The notes under the pieces are model-generated. The model did no database searches. It was given only the letters and a program-made list of their open reading frames with translations, and was not told where the DNA came from. A stretch of 46,916 bases of DNA, taken from NCBI GenBank assembly GCA_030038175.1, contig JASHPN010000176.1, positions 1 to 46,916 on the forward strand. Direction: 5' to 3'. Numbering within the stretch: the first letter of the stretch is position 1; the number at the start of each line of letters is the position of its first letter. The stretch is from Verrucomicrobiia bacterium. Lineage in GTDB: Bacteria > Verrucomicrobiota > Verrucomicrobiia > Limisphaerales > UBA11358. Below, piece by piece: positions 42,613-46,916 of this stretch. The translations under genes and the position numbers were made by a program.

Positions 42613-43835
42613 TCTCCCGGCGCGGGCGATTTATAAACGTTTTCCCGCAAAATCGTTCCATTACGCGAGAGCCATTTCGCATTCTTCAATTTCGCGGAAA
42701 CCCAGTGTCCAAGGTCAATGCTCGGCAATTCAGCGACTCGATAGAACGGCCAGGCCAGGGCCAAAGTAAGAACCAGCGCGGTGAACACGTCCAGGGGCAG
42801 CATCCAGGGGGACGGCCCAAAACCCATCCGGTTCAGCCACGCAAACAGGGGCGGCATGATGCAAAGCAGCACGATAAATTGCAGAAGATAAATTGAATAA
42901 GAAACTCGCCCAATCCAGACGACCGGCCTGATCGTAAGAAACGCACCGATGCGACGGCTGGAGAGGGTTGCCGCGATGATGAAGACGCAACCAACGCTGC
43001 AAATCACCCACGCGATCCGGTCAGCCGTCCAGCCATTAAAGCCAAAATGATCTTCCGCGCGGCGCATCTCATAAAGCGCCAGGCCCACCAGCAGCAGTCC
43101 CGATCGGCAATAAAAATTTAACTGTTTTAACCACGCGATCAGCCGTTCGTGATGCCGCGCGAGCAGGACGCCGAGGATAAATGAAACGTAATAGCAGCCT
43201 GAACTGAAAAGATCGTCCCGCGGGACGACAAAATAAAGCGCCAGCGCCAGCAGCGAGAGCCAGAGCCAATGCAAAGGCCGGCGGGCCAGCGCCACGAACA
43301 GTGGAATGAGCGCAGAACCAATTAACTCCACCCCCAGGCTCCAATCCTGGGGAACGAGCCGAGCGGTCAGACTGTGGAACAGGAAACCGCATTGTAGGAG
43401 AATTTCCTGCCATCGAATCGGCTGTTGCCAGAAAACAAAAATGTCTTTTGGCCGGGTCGGATAAACATGGAACAACCAGAGGCGACAAATGAGGCTGAGG
43501 GCAAAGGCGCAGAACCAGGGCAGCCAAATTCGGATAATTCGGCGGATATAAAATACCGGGATGTTAAGAGCCGCGCGGGGGCCGGACACGTAGGGGCGGG
43601 CGAGCACGAAACCGCTGAGAACAAAAAACATCGTCACGGCGGACCTTCCGTCGAAAAAGGCTGCGTTCAAGAGTGGATATTTTGTCCATTGCACCCAACC
43701 GGCCGGCCAAAGAAACATGCCAATGGCGTGGCCGAACAACACGGCCAGCGCCGCGAGCCCGCGAATGCTGTCGAGCGTCTCAATCCGCTGAACCGACGGT
43801 TCGGAGGGTTGAGGAACGTGGTTGAGGGAAGGCAT
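42609..43835 (-). CDS. Acyltransferase 3 family (polysaccharide O-acyltransferase)
   Basis: LDSIRGLAALAVLFGH, FFVLSGF, FYIRRIIRI, WSLGVE, GRVSYSIYL. Confidence 0.92.
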   Translation of the reverse strand: MPSLNHVPQPSEPSVQRIETLDSIRGLAALAVLFGHAIGMFLWPAGWVQWTKYPLLNAAFFDGRSAVTMFFVLSGFVLARPYVSGPRAALNIPVFYIRRIIRIWLPWFCAFALSLICRLWLFHVYPTRPKDIFVFWQQPIRWQEILLQCGFLFHSLTARLVPQDWSLGVELIGSALIPLFVALARRPLHWLWLSLLALALYFVVPRDDLFSSGCYYVSFILGVLLARHHERLIAWLKQLNFYCRSGLLLVGLALYEMRRAEDHFGFNGWTADRIAWVICSVGCVFIIAATLSSRRIGAFLTIRPVVWIGRVSYSIYLLQFIVLLCIMPPLFAWLNRMGFGPSPWMLPLDVFTALVLTLALAWPFYRVAELPSIDLGHWVSAKLKNAKWLSRNGTILRENVYKSPAPGE

Positions 43836-43850
43836 ACTCTCAAACGTTCA

Positions 43851-44690
43851 TCAGATGATGTCCGCAAACCGCTTTTCCGTACGGCGAAAATAGCGCAGGC
43901 CGGTATAGCCGATAAAGGCGACGACCAAAAGGGAGGTTGCAATGCTGATGGACAACGGTTCCTGGCCGCCAATGGCCCAGCGGAAACCGTCAATCACACC
44001 CACCATCGGATTCATCAGGTAGATGTCGTAGAGCATCCGGCCATGATGCATGGCCAATAGTTTGGTCGAAAACCAGTCGCTGGGATAACCGACTGGAGAA
44101 ATAAAAAATCCGAACTGGACGACAAAAGGGATCACGTAGCGAAAATCGCGGTATTTGACATTGAGCGCGGAGAGCCATAAACCGGCCGACAAGGCGGCTC
44201 CCAAACCCAGCGCGATAAACAGCGGGAGGGTCAGAATCCGCCAGGAGGGTATGACATGATACCAGGCCATGAGCGCCGCCAGGATGCATAAAGAGATCAG
44301 CAGGTCCACAAAAGCGACAATGACCGCGCTGGCCGGGACGATGAGGCGCGGAAAATAAATCTTGCTCAACATATTGGCGTTGAGGACCAGGCTGTTGCTG
44401 GATTCACTCATGGCGGTGGCAAAGAATTGCCAGGGTAGATTCCCGGCGCACACACAGAGCAACGCCGGGAGGCCGTCGGACGATGCCTTGGCCATCCTCA
44501 TAAACAGGACGGTAAAAACGGCAATCGTCAGGATTGGACGGATCAAGGCCCACAAGACGCCGATGACCGTTTGTTTGTAACGGACGAGAATATCGCGCCA
44601 CGAGAGAAAGAAAAACAATTCGCGGTAACGCCAAAGGTCGGCCCAATAATGGCGTTCAGCGGCTCCGGCTCTGATGATCAATCGGCTCAT
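43851..44690 (-). CDS. ABC-2 polysaccharide export permease (Wzm-like)
   Basis: LWRYRELF...RDILVRYKQT.IG.LW, KIYFPRL, YRDFRY, NPM.GVIDGFR, FADII. Confidence 0.92.
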   Translation of the reverse strand: MSRLIIRAGAAERHYWADLWRYRELFFFLSWRDILVRYKQTVIGVLWALIRPILTIAVFTVLFMRMAKASSDGLPALLCVCAGNLPWQFFATAMSESSNSLVLNANMLSKIYFPRLIVPASAVIVAFVDLLISLCILAALMAWYHVIPSWRILTLPLFIALGLGAALSAGLWLSALNVKYRDFRYVIPFVVQFGFFISPVGYPSDWFSTKLLAMHHGRMLYDIYLMNPMVGVIDGFRWAIGGQEPLSISIATSLLVVAFIGYTGLRYFRRTEKRFADII

Positions 44691-44696
44691 CCAGGG

Positions 44697-44743
44697 AAAA
44701 TTAAAAGGGAAAAAGGAAAAATTAAAAAGGAAAATTAAAAATG
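44697..44743. repeat. A-rich heptamer tandem array in a divergent promoter region
   Basis: aaaatta aaaggga aaaagga aaaatta aaaagg aaaatta aaaatg. Confidence 0.6.
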
Positions 44744-44797
44744 CGCTGTGCTTACGATTGCGTCAAAACCAAAAGTTTGTTAGTGCTTTATGACGGC

Positions 44798-46336
44798 ATG
44801 GACGAGCCGAATCCCATCAAATCCCTCGATGATCTCCGGCGGGATGCCGAGCAAGGCGATCCCTCGGCTCAATATGACCTTGCACTCCGTTTTACCGGCA
44901 GGGACGGGGTCGCCTGTGATATGGAGCAGGCGATCCATTGGTTACGACTGGCGGCAGAAAGTGGGCATGCGGCGGCACAATTCCAACTGGGTGTTTGTTA
45001 CGACAAAGGGCGAGGAGTTCCCGAAGACGCGGTACAAGCCGTCCACTGGCTCCGGAAAGCGGCAGAACTGGGAAACTGTCATGCCCAAAATAATCTTGGC
45101 GCCTGTTATATGGCTGGTCGCGGTGTCGTGGAGGATTCGTCCCAGGCGGTAAGATATTTTCGCCTGGCAGCCGAGCAAGGCGAGGCCGGAGCACAATGGA
45201 ATCTGGCTCGCTGTTATCGCGATGGTGAAGGAGTTGCAGCTGATTTGGTTGAAGCCGCGAAATGGTTTCGCAGGTCCGCGGAGCTCGGCAATGCCTCTGC
45301 GCAAAAGGCTCTTTCCTGCGCCTATGAGAACGGCGAAGGTGTCGGCAAGGACGAGAAAGAGTCGATCCATTGGCTTCAATTGGCAGCCGAGGGAGGCAAC
45401 GTCAGGGCGCAGCTGCTTCTGGGGCTTGCGTTTGAGATCGGAAAACGACTGCCGGGTGACCTTGCCGAAGCGGCGCAATGGACGCGTCGCGCGGCTGAGG
45501 CCGGAAATGCCATGGCTCAATCAAATTATGGCCGTCTTTTACTACGTGGTCGCGGTGTGGAAAAGAATCTCAATGAATCGGTCCAATGGTTCCGAAAAGG
45601 TGCGGCTCAAGGAGATGAGTTCGGAGAATATTTTCTTGGCCTGTGCTATGCGGATGGCCTGGGAATACAGAAAGACCTCGACGAAGCACGGAAATGGCTC
45701 CAATTGGCAGCGCGACACAATTGTCTCGATGCCAAATATCAGCTCCAGCTGCTCTTTTTCAAAAAGTATTCATTTCTGAAATGGCGCGACCTTGTGATCG
45801 CCACCGTTGGATGGGGCTTGCTGATTTTTCATTCAATCCGTTTTCCAATTTCAATCCACGTCCGCGCGATTGGCTTCTTTGCAGGAATTATCGTGGTCTG
45901 CGCGATCGCCTTTGTCGCGATCATGGCGGCGCTGGAAAAATTCGGCATGACGGGTTTGGATATGAAGGATGCAGAAGCCAGCAGCGATATGACATTTCAA
46001 ATTCTTAGGAAACAACCCTGGAAATTTCTCCTGATTCCAGCCGAAGATGGATTTTTTCTTTTGCCCCTGATTTATCTCGGAATCAATCCGGTCTCGGCCG
46101 CAGTCGCCGCAATTCTATTTGGGCTGGCTCACTACCCGCTGTTTCCGGCCCGTTTTTGCATACCCAAAGGTATCGCTTACTTCTTTGTGGCGCTTTTTCT
46201 TCTTCCCTACGGCATCTGGTCAATTGTTGTCGGACATTTGCTGGTAGATTTTGTGGCATTTGCCGGAGATTTAATGATCAGGATGGAGGGGAAGCCGACC
46301 CTGCGCCGATTTTTGAAAATATTGCGGGAGGAATGA
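44798..46336 (+). CDS. Sel1-like repeat protein fused to a CPBP/Abi (CAAX protease-like) membrane domain
   Basis: About 8 AAE.G...AQ..LG..Y..G.GV..D...A..W repeats, then TM region with PAEDGFF, FGLAHY, GHLLVD. Confidence 0.8.
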   Translation: MDEPNPIKSLDDLRRDAEQGDPSAQYDLALRFTGRDGVACDMEQAIHWLRLAAESGHAAAQFQLGVCYDKGRGVPEDAVQAVHWLRKAAELGNCHAQNNLGACYMAGRGVVEDSSQAVRYFRLAAEQGEAGAQWNLARCYRDGEGVAADLVEAAKWFRRSAELGNASAQKALSCAYENGEGVGKDEKESIHWLQLAAEGGNVRAQLLLGLAFEIGKRLPGDLAEAAQWTRRAAEAGNAMAQSNYGRLLLRGRGVEKNLNESVQWFRKGAAQGDEFGEYFLGLCYADGLGIQKDLDEARKWLQLAARHNCLDAKYQLQLLFFKKYSFLKWRDLVIATVGWGLLIFHSIRFPISIHVRAIGFFAGIIVVCAIAFVAIMAALEKFGMTGLDMKDAEASSDMTFQILRKQPWKFLLIPAEDGFFLLPLIYLGINPVSAAVAAILFGLAHYPLFPARFCIPKGIAYFFVALFLLPYGIWSIVVGHLLVDFVAFAGDLMIRMEGKPTLRRFLKILREE

Positions 46337-46396
46337 GAAATCGAATTTTGCCGTCAGGTCGGAATACAGCCTTAGCCTAAGTTAACCGTATACAGG

Positions 46397-46465
46397 TGCT
46401 GCGGCCGGTGCTATCGCACACCCTCCTTCGCCCAAAGGCTACGAAGGGCGGGCAACCGCGCTCCG
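46397..46465. repeat. Family A REP with a second palindromic element inserted in it
   Basis: tgctgcggccggtgctatcgcacac [cctccttcgcccaaaggctacgaagggcgggc] aaccgcgctccg, compared with the uninterrupted copy at 2190-2226. Confidence 0.7.
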
Positions 46466-46495
46466 ACCGACATAGGACATCACGATTCTCTTCGC

Positions 46496-46909
46496 TTAAT
46501 CGAGGCCAATTCTCTTTCTCAAATCCTTCTTCTCCGCCTGATGTGATTTATTGGCGAGCATTTTTTCTTTGGCGCGTTTGGAGCGTTTGCGTTTTTGGCG
46601 GCGGATGCGCTCGATCTCGGCGCGTTTGGCGGCGATGAACCCGCGTTGCCGTTCTTCGATCTTATCGAGGAGCAGACGGCGGGCGAGATAGCGGTTGAGT
46701 CCCTGCTGGCGCGTTTCCTGGCATTTGACCTGGATGCCGGTCGGACCATGAAACAGCATGACACAGGTGGAAGTCTTGTTGACATTCTGGCCGCCATGGC
46801 CGCCCGAGCGCACGAAGCTTTCTTCAATGTCGGCTTCGCTGACGCCCAATTCGGCCATGCGCCGGGACAGTTGGGTTTCTTTTTCCGGACTGACGGGAAA
46901 TGCGCTCAT
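46496..46909 (-). CDS. Codon-independent peptidyl-tRNA hydrolase, ArfB/YaeJ-like (RF-1 domain)
   Basis: [30 protein letters not shown], long K/R-rich C-terminal tail. Confidence 0.87.
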   Translation of the reverse strand: MSAFPVSPEKETQLSRRMAELGVSEADIEESFVRSGGHGGQNVNKTSTCVMLFHGPTGIQVKCQETRQQGLNRYLARRLLLDKIEERQRGFIAAKRAEIERIRRQKRKRSKRAKEKMLANKSHQAEKKDLRKRIGLD

Positions 46910-46916
46910 ATATATA

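Noticed and set aside
46496-46909. PrfH or truncated RF1/RF2 pseudogene
   Set aside because: Compact GGQ domain with a basic tail and no adjacent rtcB seen; fits an intact ArfB-like factor

Overview
GC-rich bacterial chromosomal segment with about 39 CDS. No rRNA, tRNA, CRISPR array, integrase or transposase was recognised. Protein style (Thr-Asn-rich secreted multidomain protein ending in ...QQFFRI, fused SecDF, DUF5069, dense REP-like and short tandem repeats) suggests a soil/peat Verrucomicrobiota (Pedosphaerales-like) genome; this is inference. Contents: rnhC end, RluA, redoxin, DUF5069; an Lpd-like oxidoreductase-phoU-DUF47-pit cluster; aquaporin; a fungal-Nth1-like exported trehalase; gnd; a triple-HTH basic protein; ymdB; envelope glycosylation genes (WecA-like, GT4, three GT-C-like membrane proteins, one TMEM260/DUF2723-like with TPRs); RlmD-like methylase; ClC-CBS; exported Bcp; a 1641-aa GH30/LamG/Ig protein; B12 radical SAM; retropepsin-like protease; GH127; a yajC-secDF-hicB-hicA-terC-recJ run (hicA is missing from the ORF track); GT9, acyltransferase-3, orphan wzm; a Sel1-CPBP fusion; and an ArfB-like factor. 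The best leads are: (i) strong T-N dipeptide bias in exported proteins near several GT-C enzymes, a possible undescribed protein glycosylation system; (ii) a candidate C-terminal sorting domain; (iii) REP elements entering coding sequence (in-frame in recJ, supplying the stop of the TPR gene) or nested in one another; (iv) a dispersed heptamer-array element; (v) repeated leaderless-type promoters. All functional calls rest on motif recognition by eye, with no database searches.
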